DNA of 64,000 nt, taken from positions 42,630-106,629 of the forward strand of contig LKMP01000002.1 of assembly GCA_001563915.1 (NCBI GenBank), read 5' to 3'. The translations under genes and the position numbers were made by a program. Below the pieces are notes generated by a model. The model was not told the origin of the DNA and did not search any database. It saw nothing but the letters and a program-made list of their open reading frames with translations. Shown here in pieces: positions 9,016 through 18,888 of the stretch. Each line of letters starts with the position of its first letter. The first letter of the stretch is position 1. Origin of the DNA: Nanohaloarchaea archaeon B1-Br10_U2g21. Its GTDB lineage: Archaea > Nanohalarchaeota > Nanosalinia > Nanosalinales > Nanosalinaceae.

Positions 9016-9576
9016 TTACTTATAGCGACCTCTTTGTTCTACTTCCGCCAATCTCTGGATCACATCTTCCCTAAACTCAGGCCTATATCCTTCCATAAAG
9101 TTCTCCCAGGCTTCTTCAAACTTGTCTGAGTGAGAACTCTTTAAGACTTGTTTCAGAAGATGAAGGTCTACTGCTCGGTCTTCTGTCCGTGTACTCTGGC
9201 CGGATAGTCCAAAGTCAATTAAATATATCTTATCCGAGTGCATGATATTCTTTGTAGTCATATCCCCATGCACTATCTCTGCAGAGTGAAGCCTGCCCAG
9301 ATGTTTTCCGACTTCCCCCATTTTTTCAGCTTTAAAATTTTCTGCGAGAGATTTGCCATCAATTTTTTCAATTTCAAGCACATAGTCTGATACCTGTTCA
9401 ATTTTTGGCACGCTAACATCATGTCTTAAGGCCTTTTTCATTGAGTTATACTCTGTCTGTGTTCGCTGCTTTCTAATACGCTGGTCAAGCTCTGGATGGC
9501 GGTATTTTTTCCTAGGTCTTTCTTTGACCACTTTATCTTCTAGTATTTCTATTTCGGCTTCTGCTCCTTGGATCAT
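9016..9576 (-). CDS. bud32: KEOPS complex kinase Bud32
   Basis: QGAEA, KKYRHPELD, HGDMTTKN, IDFGLS, EDRAVDLHLL, RGRY C-terminus. Confidence 0.95.
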   Translation of the reverse strand: MIQGAEAEIEILEDKVVKERPRKKYRHPELDQRIRKQRTQTEYNSMKKALRHDVSVPKIEQVSDYVLEIEKIDGKSLAENFKAEKMGEVGKHLGRLHSAEIVHGDMTTKNIMHSDKIYLIDFGLSGQSTRTEDRAVDLHLLKQVLKSSHSDKFEEAWENFMEGYRPEFREDVIQRLAEVEQRGRYK

Positions 9577-11177
9577 AGGTTGAGATATTTGCGGAATTCT
9601 AAAAGGCTTTTCCTACGCATCTCTTCTTTCTTTACCGGATTATTTGTGAGCGCATAAAGATCATCCACCATTTTTTCGCTTGCAGCAATATCTGGAACCA
9701 TAACATGTAAAGCACCTTTTTCAAGAAGTTCTAGGCCTTCTTTTGGATCTTCTGCTCTAACTATCTTATCTTTAGGGCTTTCGATTCCAAGTATCCGGCC
9801 TGAAATTTTGAACGATGGAACTGTTGAGATGATCAAAGCTGCGTTTTCATGATTTGCTTCATCCCATGTGATTTCATCCATTACGTCCCCATAGACTGCT
9901 TTGAAACCTTTCTGGTTTAGTTCGGAGATTTTTTCAGGGTCATTGTCGATTACTATAAACTCTGTTTCTTCTTCCAGTAATGCCTCTACTATTTTCTTTC
10001 CCTGTATATCATAGCCTACAACGATTACGTGGTCTTCAGTTTCGTAACTCGTTCTCGAACCTCTTTCAGAACCTATTACGTTGTATATTTCTTCTTCATA
10101 TTTTTTAGTGTACGAGGAAAGGACCATTGTAGCTGTAGCCGCTAAAATAATAGCCTCAAAAGTCACATCTGTTATGAATCCAAGTACAAATCCTTGAATA
10201 GTTATTACTAATGCTAATTCGCTTACCTGATCTATAGACAGTCCTGTAAGTAGTGCCGTTCTGTTGTCATAGTTAAACATTTTTAACGATAGATATGCTG
10301 TTAGAGGCCCTACAATCACAGTTATTAGTGTAAGCCCTATTGCCGATGCTAGAACTGTTTGGCTAGGAAAACTGAGTAATGCGCCAAGTATTACAAAGAA
10401 TATTGCTGAAAAGAAGTCCTTTATTGACCCCATTGTATCTAGTAGTTCAACATTGTAAGGGAACTTTGATGCAGCTATGCCTGCTGCAAACGCCCCTACC
10501 ACCATAGAAGCTCCAAGGAACTCGCTTAGACCTATAAAGCCTATTAGTAGAGATAGAGAAGCCATTGTAATAAGCTCTTGATTTCCTCCGGCTTGTTCTG
10601 CTATAAATCCAAATACATGATCCCTGAACAGTACTGCTCCCACAATTATTAGAGCCGAGTATGCTAGTGCAAGTAAAGCTGACTCTACTGTAGTTGCAAG
10701 CACTACTGCTATAAGAGCAAAAGCCACCATATCCTGAACAAAATGCAGCGATTCGACAAGGCGGCCATGTAAAAGGTTTGTATGTATCTCTCTTTCTGTT
10801 AGTTGTAGACCTACAAGACTTGAACTCAATGCAGCCGCCATTGCAAAGTAAAAGGAATTATTTGAATCAAATCCTAGTGCTGTAGCTAGTAGGTATGCTA
10901 ATCCTCCCGTAACCAGCATCTGAATTAGAGAAGTATTAATTGCTGCTGAAGCAGTTGATTTTAAATTTTTAGGATTATACTTGAGTCCAAATATGAATAC
11001 TAGGAATGCAATACCTATCTGTGCAAGATTTAACAAATCAGTACTTGATATAAGCGTTCCAGCTACTATACCAGCAATTATATATCCTGGCAGCGATGGA
11101 TGGCCAAACCTATCCATTATAAGTAGCATTATCGCCGCTGCTGCAAATATTACTGTAAAGTCTGCTAATATTTCCAT
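9573..11177 (-). CDS. CPA2 cation:proton antiporter with TrkA-N domain (KefC-like)
   Basis: Multi-TM with VQD, GAFAAG, FFSAIFF, QVSE motifs; C-terminal VIVVGY KTN domain. Confidence 0.9.
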   Translation of the reverse strand: MEILADFTVIFAAAAIMLLIMDRFGHPSLPGYIIAGIVAGTLISSTDLLNLAQIGIAFLVFIFGLKYNPKNLKSTASAAINTSLIQMLVTGGLAYLLATALGFDSNNSFYFAMAAALSSSLVGLQLTEREIHTNLLHGRLVESLHFVQDMVAFALIAVVLATTVESALLALAYSALIIVGAVLFRDHVFGFIAEQAGGNQELITMASLSLLIGFIGLSEFLGASMVVGAFAAGIAASKFPYNVELLDTMGSIKDFFSAIFFVILGALLSFPSQTVLASAIGLTLITVIVGPLTAYLSLKMFNYDNRTALLTGLSIDQVSELALVITIQGFVLGFITDVTFEAIILAATATMVLSSYTKKYEEEIYNVIGSERGSRTSYETEDHVIVVGYDIQGKKIVEALLEEETEFIVIDNDPEKISELNQKGFKAVYGDVMDEITWDEANHENAALIISTVPSFKISGRILGIESPKDKIVRAEDPKEGLELLEKGALHVMVPDIAASEKMVDDLYALTNNPVKKEEMRRKSLLEFRKYLNL

Positions 11178-12925
11178 TTTTCTGAAGTCTCCTTAACTTT
11201 TTGTTTTTCGATTTCAACCTCTTCTAAGAATATTTCTCTATCTTCTAGGTATAGCTTGAGCAGATCTCCTAGTTTTTCTCCCGCCAAGTGTTCTTTCAGT
11301 ATCACATAATCTGCTCCGCTTTCGTATAGCTCTACAGCATCTTCAAATGATTTAGCTTTCAGAACGGTAAGACATTCAAGTTCTTCCAATATCATTTTAT
11401 TGAGATCTTGATCAGGCGCCATAGAGATTACTGCTTGAGCATTCTGAAGACTAGACTCTTTCCTGATTTCATCATGTATAAGATCGCCGTACACTAATTC
11501 ATGAGATGCATCCCTATTTTCAACACTGTGACCGGTTTCTTGAAGCTGTTCTACAACTGCAGGATTCTTTTCAACAATCAGAACATCCTCATAGAGTTCT
11601 TCGAGCAGAGGTACAAGTTCTCTCGTAGACTCATCATATCCTACTACTACCGCATGATTCCTATGTTTAATGTCTCGCGTCTGTATAGGATTTTCTGGCT
11701 CAAATCTTTGTAGATAAGGCTCTACTCTCTCAAAGATTTCTCGGTTGTACATTACATAGTATGTAGAGATAGGCATAGTGATTATTGCCATCAAGCTCAG
11801 GAATCCTAGAATACCAGGCTCAACAAATCCTTGTGTAACTGCTAACGCTCCCAATACTAATGAGAACTCACTGACTTGTAGCATTGAAATAGTACCAAGG
11901 AAAGAAGTCTCTAAATCAAAGTTTTGGCTAATGTAAAGACCGAAAACAATACAGAAATTGATTCCCAGAAGAAGTACCGATGCAATAACCGCTTCTTTCC
12001 AATATACTAATAGAGAACTCATATCGATTGTGAGGCCTATACTAGCGAAAAATATCACTATGAAAAAGTTGGTTACAGGAGCCATCCTCTCCTTTAACTC
12101 AGTACTATACGATGATTGGGCCAATGCAAGACCTGCAAGAAATGCTCCAATCTCAATTGAGACATCGTAATAGTCTGAAACAAATATGAATATAAATGCC
12201 CATGCTAAGCCCACAGTGAGCAATGTTGTTGAGTTAGAGGCGCTTAATCGTAATAAAGTCGGCAATACATACTTGCTTGTTAGATATGCGGCCATTCCTA
12301 TCAGGAACATCATGAAAAATACTCTAGAAATTTGAAACATGATTTCATTGAATCCACTCATAGTGCCTACTGCTAAGATGGCCAAAGCCACTACAAGATA
12401 AAGATCCTGGAATATTAGTATTCCTACATCTACCCTGCCATAAAGCTCGTTTAGTTCATCCTTATCTCCTAAGACCTTCACGATAATTGGTGTCGCTCCA
12501 AAAGTAGTTGCCAAAGCAATCATCAATGACGTAAATAGGTCAAAACCAAGCAGTAAAGCGACTATCGTTGATGCAATACCCTGTAACGTTGCCTGTCCCA
12601 CTGCAATAAATCCTACAGGCTTTAAAATTTCCCTGACTTTTCCAAAACTCATTTCCATCCCTAGTAAGAACAACAAAAATCCGAGGCCTAGTTCAGCAAT
12701 TATGTCAATAAGTTGATCCTGTGACACTATAGGGCCATCAAGGAAAACAGATAAATCGAAGGGAAGCATTCCATGAGTAAGTAACGCATATCCTATGGGC
12801 CCTACAATCAGCCCTGTGATAATATACGCCACAATAGTCGGTTGTTTCGTCTTACGGGCTAGAAACCCGAGTAGCGTCGCTGCTATCAATAAAATTGCGA
12901 AGTCTAGTGTGAATGCTTCAATCAT
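11165..12925 (-). CDS. CPA2 cation:proton antiporter with TrkA-N domain (KefC-like)
   Basis: FQD, IGAFLAG, QVSEFS motifs; KTN domain; GADYVI. Confidence 0.9.
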   Translation of the reverse strand: MIEAFTLDFAILLIAATLLGFLARKTKQPTIVAYIITGLIVGPIGYALLTHGMLPFDLSVFLDGPIVSQDQLIDIIAELGLGFLLFLLGMEMSFGKVREILKPVGFIAVGQATLQGIASTIVALLLGFDLFTSLMIALATTFGATPIIVKVLGDKDELNELYGRVDVGILIFQDLYLVVALAILAVGTMSGFNEIMFQISRVFFMMFLIGMAAYLTSKYVLPTLLRLSASNSTTLLTVGLAWAFIFIFVSDYYDVSIEIGAFLAGLALAQSSYSTELKERMAPVTNFFIVIFFASIGLTIDMSSLLVYWKEAVIASVLLLGINFCIVFGLYISQNFDLETSFLGTISMLQVSEFSLVLGALAVTQGFVEPGILGFLSLMAIITMPISTYYVMYNREIFERVEPYLQRFEPENPIQTRDIKHRNHAVVVGYDESTRELVPLLEELYEDVLIVEKNPAVVEQLQETGHSVENRDASHELVYGDLIHDEIRKESSLQNAQAVISMAPDQDLNKMILEELECLTVLKAKSFEDAVELYESGADYVILKEHLAGEKLGDLLKLYLEDREIFLEEVEIEKQKVKETSEKWKY

Positions 12926-13496
12926 GTAGAGCTGCCTCTATTTCTTCCTGAGAAATAGGTCCCTCTCTGTGAATAAAAACCTCACTGTTCTTTACCTCAG
13001 CAATAGTAGAAGTAGGGCCACTAGGTAAATGGCCTTTGTCAAGCACAAAGTCTACTTTTTCCAGCAACTCCTCAGAAATATCATCTACAGAATAAGAAGT
13101 CTTCTCACCAGAAATATTAGCGCTTGTTGCTATTAAAGGCGTTTTTTCTGCAATTTCTCTTGCTAGAGGGCTTGAGGAAATCCTGAAAACGAACTTGTTA
13201 TTCACGTTGTCAGGCATATTATCTTTCTTTTTGGCTACCAACGTGAGAGGTCCTGGCATAAACTCTTCAATCAGAATTTTTTCTTTCTCAGATAAATCAG
13301 CATATTCTTCAGCAACCTCTAGCGAACTGACAATAACTGTAAGGCCTTTATTTCTAGGTCTCTGCTTCGCATCGTAAACTTTTTCCACTGCTCTTTTGTT
13401 TAGTGCATCAGCGCCCAAACCATAAGCAGTCTCTGTTGGATATACTATAAGACCTCCGTCTTTGATTATTTCTCTGGCTTTTTTATCGTCTGACAT
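12918..13496 (-). CDS. sua5: L-threonylcarbamoyladenylate synthase (single-domain TsaC/Sua5)
   Basis: YPTETAYGLG, KQRP, PGPLT, ATSANISG. Confidence 0.93.
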   Translation of the reverse strand: MSDDKKAREIIKDGGLIVYPTETAYGLGADALNKRAVEKVYDAKQRPRNKGLTVIVSSLEVAEEYADLSEKEKILIEEFMPGPLTLVAKKKDNMPDNVNNKFVFRISSSPLAREIAEKTPLIATSANISGEKTSYSVDDISEELLEKVDFVLDKGHLPSGPTSTIAEVKNSEVFIHREGPISQEEIEAALHD

Positions 13497-13552
13497 GCAG
13501 GAACTAAAACGTAAGGTGAATGTTTAAAATGCTGGGGAAAACTTGAGGTCGT

Positions 13553-14353
13553 ATGGCCATACAAAAGTTTTTCAATAATTACTTATCCAATAAATCAGTT
13601 TGGGCTGTGGCCTTACTTATTTTAGTTGCTGCAGAATCAATTTCGTATTTTGCAATTCATGTATTACGCGTTAGCAGTGAAATTCCGGTCTCTCCGGTTT
13701 CTCTAACTCTATTGATGATTGGCGGCATGTATTACCTTTCGAACCACAAGCAATTTGGCCAAAAAATTGAAGAAGTATTTTTAGTAGGTTTTACTTTCCT
13801 TGCTTTAGGCCTTGTTGGCGTACTTGCTAGCTTAGTATTCTACTTGGCTGTAATACCTGAACTGGCTCCTCTAGTGCTAGGACAGATAGTTTCAAGCCTG
13901 GAGCTTGCTGTAGTGGCTGCAGGAATAATTATTGCAATTCAAAAATTTGATGTCCAAGATTTGCTACGCAAACTAATTATCGCATCTGCCGGATTCTTAC
14001 TAACAGCTATAGGTTACTCAGCCTACGTTGGAGCATTTAATTTGTACACCTTAGCAACATTCCACGGAACAGCGACAGTAAGCTGGTTTGTAACCTCAGT
14101 ATTTGCATTTTATACTGCAGAATTTCTTGCAAAAAATCTAGAATACAGAGAAAAAAGTCTTATTGCTGTTCTTTTGCCCGGATTAGTAATATTACATAAT
14201 ATAGCAGACTATATCGCATTATCTATTATTAGTTTCATAGATTTCGAAATAGCGGAATCTTTACAACATATAGGTCTTGCAGAACCTTATTTAGCTAGTA
14301 TTGCTGCAGCCATAACAGGTCTTTTGTATGCATTATATTTACACCTCTTTTAG
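13553..14353 (+). CDS. multi-TM hypothetical membrane protein
   Basis: About 8 hydrophobic segments. Confidence 0.75.
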   Translation: MAIQKFFNNYLSNKSVWAVALLILVAAESISYFAIHVLRVSSEIPVSPVSLTLLMIGGMYYLSNHKQFGQKIEEVFLVGFTFLALGLVGVLASLVFYLAVIPELAPLVLGQIVSSLELAVVAAGIIIAIQKFDVQDLLRKLIIASAGFLLTAIGYSAYVGAFNLYTLATFHGTATVSWFVTSVFAFYTAEFLAKNLEYREKSLIAVLLPGLVILHNIADYIALSIISFIDFEIAESLQHIGLAEPYLASIAAAITGLLYALYLHLF

Positions 14354-14603
14354 CGCAGACACGCTCTAAAGACTAAGAATATACTAAACTTGTCTAGGTT
14401 CGACCAGAGGCGAAGGAATACCTTACTCCAAAGGAAATAACATATGCGAGTTATCATTTGAAGACAGAACAATTACTATTAGATATTCCGCTCGAGATCT
14501 AGATGAATTAGAAGGTGTAATAAGCAATGATAATTTTTATGATGAACTCTTGAGCCAAGAGGAAATGCAGAATTTATAACCCAACCCTCCTATAACTCAA
14601 TAA

Positions 14604-15551
14604 TCACACCCTTATTCCTTCAGGCCTCCAATTCTGTTTGATTTCCGAATCCTTTAAGTCTATAAACTGTTTTCGCTTAGCTTTTTTAAGGCCTCTTTCA
14701 GCGATCATTGCTGCATTGTCCATACAATACTCTTTCGGAGGGAAATATGCATTAGTGCTTCGCTGCTCACACATGGTCTCCACCATCTCTCTGAGGCGAT
14801 TGTTCATTGCTACTCCTCCTGTGAGAAGTGCTTCGTCACTGTCTGCTTGAGCCATCGCTCTTTCAAGTGCTTCGACTGTTGCAGGGTATGCATGTTCTTG
14901 GAAAGTGTTTGCGATGACCTCATCTTCAACTTTACCAACTTTTTTCTCAAGTTCTGTTACAATACCTGAAAATGAGAAATCCATACCTTTAACTGGATAT
15001 GCGATTTCAATTATTTCATCTGTCTGTTCTGCCAATTTTTCTATTTCAGGCCCTCCTGGATGAGGATATCCAATTTTCCTTGCGAGTTTGTCGACCGCGT
15101 TGCCTAGTGCGATGTCTAAGGTTTCTCCAATTATTCGATACTTCGAGTTTTTCTCTGCTATTACTTGCGAGTTGCCTCCTGAGAGGTAAAGCGTTACAGG
15201 GCTTCCCGCCTCTGTGGTGCGCTTACCTATCTCTATGTGGGCAACACAGTGATTGACGCCGATTAATGGCACTTCATGTTTCTGTGCAAGCGTGCGGGCG
15301 GCTACTGCTCCAATATCCAAACATTGTGGTATTCCTGGCCCCTGAGAAAAAGCTACTGCATCAATTTCTCCTACTAGTCCTTTTGAAATTATTTCATGTG
15401 CTTTCTGGTAGTGATGCTCTGCTGCTTTTCTGGGATGTATACCTCCTTTTTCAGGCTCATACATTGACTTTTCATTTGTGTATATTTTTTCTTCACTAAC
15501 AGTGGAAGCTGCAAAGGTATGAGCAGTAGATTCTAAGCCTAGAACTTTCAT
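14604..15551 (-). CDS. kae1: KEOPS t6A synthase Kae1
   Basis: GLESTAHT, GGIHP, HCVAHIE, SGGNSQ, GETLDIALGN, DNAAMIA. Confidence 0.96.
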   Translation of the reverse strand: MKVLGLESTAHTFAASTVSEEKIYTNEKSMYEPEKGGIHPRKAAEHHYQKAHEIISKGLVGEIDAVAFSQGPGIPQCLDIGAVAARTLAQKHEVPLIGVNHCVAHIEIGKRTTEAGSPVTLYLSGGNSQVIAEKNSKYRIIGETLDIALGNAVDKLARKIGYPHPGGPEIEKLAEQTDEIIEIAYPVKGMDFSFSGIVTELEKKVGKVEDEVIANTFQEHAYPATVEALERAMAQADSDEALLTGGVAMNNRLREMVETMCEQRSTNAYFPPKEYCMDNAAMIAERGLKKAKRKQFIDLKDSEIKQNWRPEGIRV

Positions 15552-15641
15552 GTGAGAAATGTTAAAGTAGTAAAGAGTTTAATGGGCTCCCCATAAAAAC
15601 ACATATTGATTAATTTATTCTTCTAATATTATTTTGCTGTT

Positions 15642-15962
15642 TTGATGAGTAAAAAACTCTATGATGATATTGTTGAATACGTGCATAAAGGAACCAGTTT
15701 CTATGAAAAGGAAACTCCTGATCTTGACTTAGAAACCCAGTGTTTCGTGTCTCATGAGAGACAGTGCGTCTTGAAAGTCCAGTTGGACGAATTAGGTGAA
15801 GTCTCTCTTGAGTATGGTAAAGATCTTCAGGACTGTGAAACTAAATCAGGATTCAGATATATGAGAACTCTTGAAAGTAAAGGAGCTACAACAGTCGAGT
15901 CTTTAGAAGACGCAGCAGAGTTCCTAATCGGTAATTACGCAGTCGATAAATTCGCTAAATGA
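15642..15962 (+). CDS. hypothetical protein
   Basis: 106-aa acidic ORF opposite to flanking genes. Confidence 0.6.
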   Translation: MMSKKLYDDIVEYVHKGTSFYEKETPDLDLETQCFVSHERQCVLKVQLDELGEVSLEYGKDLQDCETKSGFRYMRTLESKGATTVESLEDAAEFLIGNYAVDKFAK

Positions 15963-15990
15963 CAAAAATCAGAAAGAGAAATGAAGAAAA

Positions 15991-16140
15991 TTATTGGTGT
16001 TTAGTGTATTGACACTTACCACAACTCTTGCGGTCATCGTGTTCTGCTAAGAATGATCCGCATCTAGGGCATTTCTCTCCCTCATATTCTCCATTTTTGT
16101 CATATTTCTCGTATAGTGGTGATTCAGAGTGTTTAGGCAT
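15991..16140 (-). CDS. rps27ae: 30S ribosomal protein S27ae (eS31)
   Basis: Manual translation MPKHSESPLYEKY...CPRCGSFLAEHDDRKSCGKCQYT; 49 aa, below the ORF-track cutoff. Confidence 0.95.
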   Translation of the reverse strand: MPKHSESPLYEKYDKNGEYEGEKCPRCGSFLAEHDDRKSCGKCQYTKHQ

Positions 16141-16158
16141 TATAATTCTCCTCTAATT

Positions 16159-16599
16159 CTAGGCCTGATTTTTCATCCATTCTATGAATGTATTTCGGTT
16201 TTTGCCCTGTTCTTCTGCTGTGATAGCTGCTTCAAAATCAGGTTCTTCCATGTCATTCAGTGCTTGTTTAGCATCGGTAATAGTTCCTGAGACTATATCT
16301 TCATATTCTGCTGTTGCAACAGCTGTTTCATCGTCCTGCTCAACTGTTTCTTCTTCAAGCTCTTCATCATATTCGAACTCTTCAAAAACATGGATTACTG
16401 CTTTAGCCTGTTTACTACCGTACCGACCGTAGACATTTTTAACGTCGACATTGTCTTTTTCTAAGCCTTTGTCAGCCGTTATCCGTGTTAGTACGTCTTC
16501 TTTGCTTGGAGTTGCTTCTCCACTGTGGTTTACTGTTGCTTCTACCTCTCTTCTCTCCATGAGAGGGTTTTCTTTTACTGATGTTATTTCGACTTCCAT
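16159..16599 (-). CDS. rps24e: 30S ribosomal protein S24e with C-terminal extension
   Basis: ENPLMERREV, HSGEATPSKE; position before rps27ae. Confidence 0.92.
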   Translation of the reverse strand: MEVEITSVKENPLMERREVEATVNHSGEATPSKEDVLTRITADKGLEKDNVDVKNVYGRYGSKQAKAVIHVFEEFEYDEELEEETVEQDDETAVATAEYEDIVSGTITDAKQALNDMEEPDFEAAITAEEQGKNRNTFIEWMKNQA

Positions 16600-16613
16600 A
16601 TTATTTTTTCACC

Positions 16614-16796
16614 TTATTTTACTCTTACCGCATATCTTCCCGGAGTTTGAATACCTGCTTCTTCTGCTATTTCAGATTCCGCATCATATACAACAATGAG
16701 TCCGCTCCAAGAGTTCGATAGCACATTGTTTTTGCATACAGGACACTCATCAGAGTTCTCTACTATCCTCTTACAGTCTGTACACGCTCTAGCCAT
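16614..16796 (-). CDS. spt4: transcription elongation factor Spt4 (RpoE'')
   Basis: MARACTDC...CPVC...WSGLIVV...SEIA...PGRYAVRVK; start reset to ATG 16796. Confidence 0.95.
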   Translation of the reverse strand: MARACTDCKRIVENSDECPVCKNNVLSNSWSGLIVVYDAESEIAEEAGIQTPGRYAVRVK

Positions 16797-16800
16797 TAAC

Positions 16801-17376
16801 TCAGACCTCCTCTTCTTCTGCTTCAAGTTCTTCTTTTTCTTCTTCGTATTCTTCAATCCATTCCTGTTTTCCTAATCCAGGTTGTCTCATTGTCAGGTTA
16901 ATCTTATTTGAGTCTTGTTTGCCTAGACTAACAGCGATAATTCTTGTAGTCACTATATCATTTACTGTCAGGCTTTTTTCCTGCTCATCACTTGTAAGCA
17001 TTAAATTTTCTTCATCCAAGTTCATGTAGTCATCCGTTACTTGTGAAATGTGGCATAGACCATCAAAAGGCCCTATCCTGATAAATGCTCCGAATTCTGT
17101 CAGATCTACTACTTCTCCATTTATTACTTCATGAAGTTCTGGTTCAAAGACAATTGCTTTGTATCTTGCTGTGTAGTGGATTCCCGCATCTTCTGGTTCA
17201 ATTTCTCCGCCTTCGATTTCTTCTACATCTTCAACCGCGATAATCACACCTAGTTCTGAGTCGATTTCGCCTTCTTTTTCTGCTATAAGACCATTCTGGA
17301 CGCTTTCTTCAAGATCTTCCCCAAGGTGTTGGGGAGGAACCCTTACAGAGTCCTCAATTGTAATTCGTTTGTACAT
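16801..17376 (-). CDS. rpoE1: RNA polymerase subunit Rpo7 (E')
   Basis: VRVPP, FGAFIRIGPFDGLCHISQ, LTMRQPGLGK. Confidence 0.96.
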   Translation of the reverse strand: MYKRITIEDSVRVPPQHLGEDLEESVQNGLIAEKEGEIDSELGVIIAVEDVEEIEGGEIEPEDAGIHYTARYKAIVFEPELHEVINGEVVDLTEFGAFIRIGPFDGLCHISQVTDDYMNLDEENLMLTSDEQEKSLTVNDIVTTRIIAVSLGKQDSNKINLTMRQPGLGKQEWIEEYEEEKEELEAEEEEV

Positions 17377-17438
17377 TTATCTCTCTACCTCTACGGAACT
17401 AAAATCGACTTTGGAACAAAGTTTTAATAGTGGTACGC

Positions 17439-17810
17439 TCACAACTCCAGATTCTCTGCCGCCAAGTGACTTGAACCCCTAATATAAATTACAGGTCTGC
17501 CTTCATCTAAAATCTTATTTTTCAGCTCTCGATCATTCGTAGCGACTAAGAACTCATCCGAAAGATCGTATATAAGATCATCTACTATTCCTTCTCCTTT
17601 GGTTTCTAACACCTCTATGTCTTGACTATCCACTAATTTATGTACTAGACCCCCATAGCGTCCTGATTCTATACTTTTTGCTTCTTCTAATACATCATCT
17701 AGTGTGTACAGCTCATTACCAGGAAATTTTTCGTCCATCTCTCGAAATATAGATACATTCATCTGGAAAGGCGCTACCAAAAAATTGGTATCAAGCAGGA
17801 TTTTTCTCAT
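17439..17810 (-). CDS. PIN-domain ribonuclease (Fcf1/Utp24-like)
   Basis: LLDTNFL, VDD, VATNDRELK; conserved position upstream of rpoE'. Confidence 0.88.
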   Translation of the reverse strand: MRKILLDTNFLVAPFQMNVSIFREMDEKFPGNELYTLDDVLEEAKSIESGRYGGLVHKLVDSQDIEVLETKGEGIVDDLIYDLSDEFLVATNDRELKNKILDEGRPVIYIRGSSHLAAENLEL

Positions 17811-17871
17811 ATCTCTTCTTTTGAAGAGCGGAAGCCTATTTATTTAACTGCTCCATGTATGATGATGTAAC

Positions 17872-18888
17872 ATGGATTTTGACTACAAGGCCTCATGTCT
17901 TAGACGGATAGAACTAAATTCCGAATGTAAAATTGTTTCAAGCGGCCACAGACCTCAGACTGGTGATGTAGTAGCTGTAAAGATTACGGACGTTAATGAT
18001 ACTTACCGATCGCTTGATCTTGAGGGCGGCGAGCTCATTGAACTGAACGAAGGCGATGTAGTAGTAGGTGTTTTGGGTAATAGAGCAGGTGTAAAAGGAT
18101 ATGTTGGCGAAGTACCTTCCGACATTTCCGAAGGAGAAACGCTCTCTTTTCTCGGTGCTGGAGGCCTATTTGGAGAATTCAAAGGCGCTACCAAAGAGCT
18201 AGATGACCCATGTAGTGTAGAGTTCCTAGGTTACGTTGGTAAAACTGATGAAATACTTAACATGAAAGATTATGGTATAGAGACATCAGATTCTTTGAGG
18301 GATGATGCTAGAGTATTTGCAGTGACTTCTTCTAGAATGGATGCTGGAAAAACAACTTTAACCGCTAAGTTGATAGAACAATTAAGTCAAGACTACAAGA
18401 TTGGTTCTTTAAAACTTACAGGTTCTGCACGCGAAAGAGACAGGCTAAAAATGCTTGAATCTGGCTCTCAAATATCTCTAGATTTTGTTGACGCCGGACT
18501 TCCTTCTACAGTCGATAATCCTCGCGACGTGGAAAGAGCCGCTAAAGGACTCATTAACGAGGCTTTTGATGAAGACATTGACTTTGTAGTTATAGAGTTC
18601 GGTGCAGGCCTTATCAGCAAGTACTGTGTGAAAGAAGTTTTAAGAGAGCTAGAAATTAAGAATAAAGTCTTTGGTATAGGCGCTGCTGCTCTTGATGTTG
18701 TAGGCGCATATGGTCTTGAAGACGTGTTAGACGATATTGGCTACGAGCTTGATTTTATTTCAGGACCTATAACAGACACACATGTTGGTAAAGACACGAT
18801 AGAAGACTACGTAGGTGTACCCGCATTAAATGCATTCGACAATGAAGACATGGAGCGTGCAGCAGAACTAGTTTCAGAGAGCTTCTAG
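17872..18888 (+). CDS. DUF1611-like P-loop NTPase
   Basis: GDVV...GNR N-domain; MDAGKTT P-loop, KLTG, DFVDAGLPST, IEFGAG. Confidence 0.7.
   Translation: MDFDYKASCLRRIELNSECKIVSSGHRPQTGDVVAVKITDVNDTYRSLDLEGGELIELNEGDVVVGVLGNRAGVKGYVGEVPSDISEGETLSFLGAGGLFGEFKGATKELDDPCSVEFLGYVGKTDEILNMKDYGIETSDSLRDDARVFAVTSSRMDAGKTTLTAKLIEQLSQDYKIGSLKLTGSARERDRLKMLESGSQISLDFVDAGLPSTVDNPRDVERAAKGLINEAFDEDIDFVVIEFGAGLISKYCVKEVLRELEIKNKVFGIGAAALDVVGAYGLEDVLDDIGYELDFISGPITDTHVGKDTIEDYVGVPALNAFDNEDMERAAELVSESF

Noticed and set aside
14388-14579. 63-codon open frame with acidic C-terminus between the membrane gene and kae1
   Set aside because: No plausible start codon and no recognisable family; possibly a gene remnant, but unsupported
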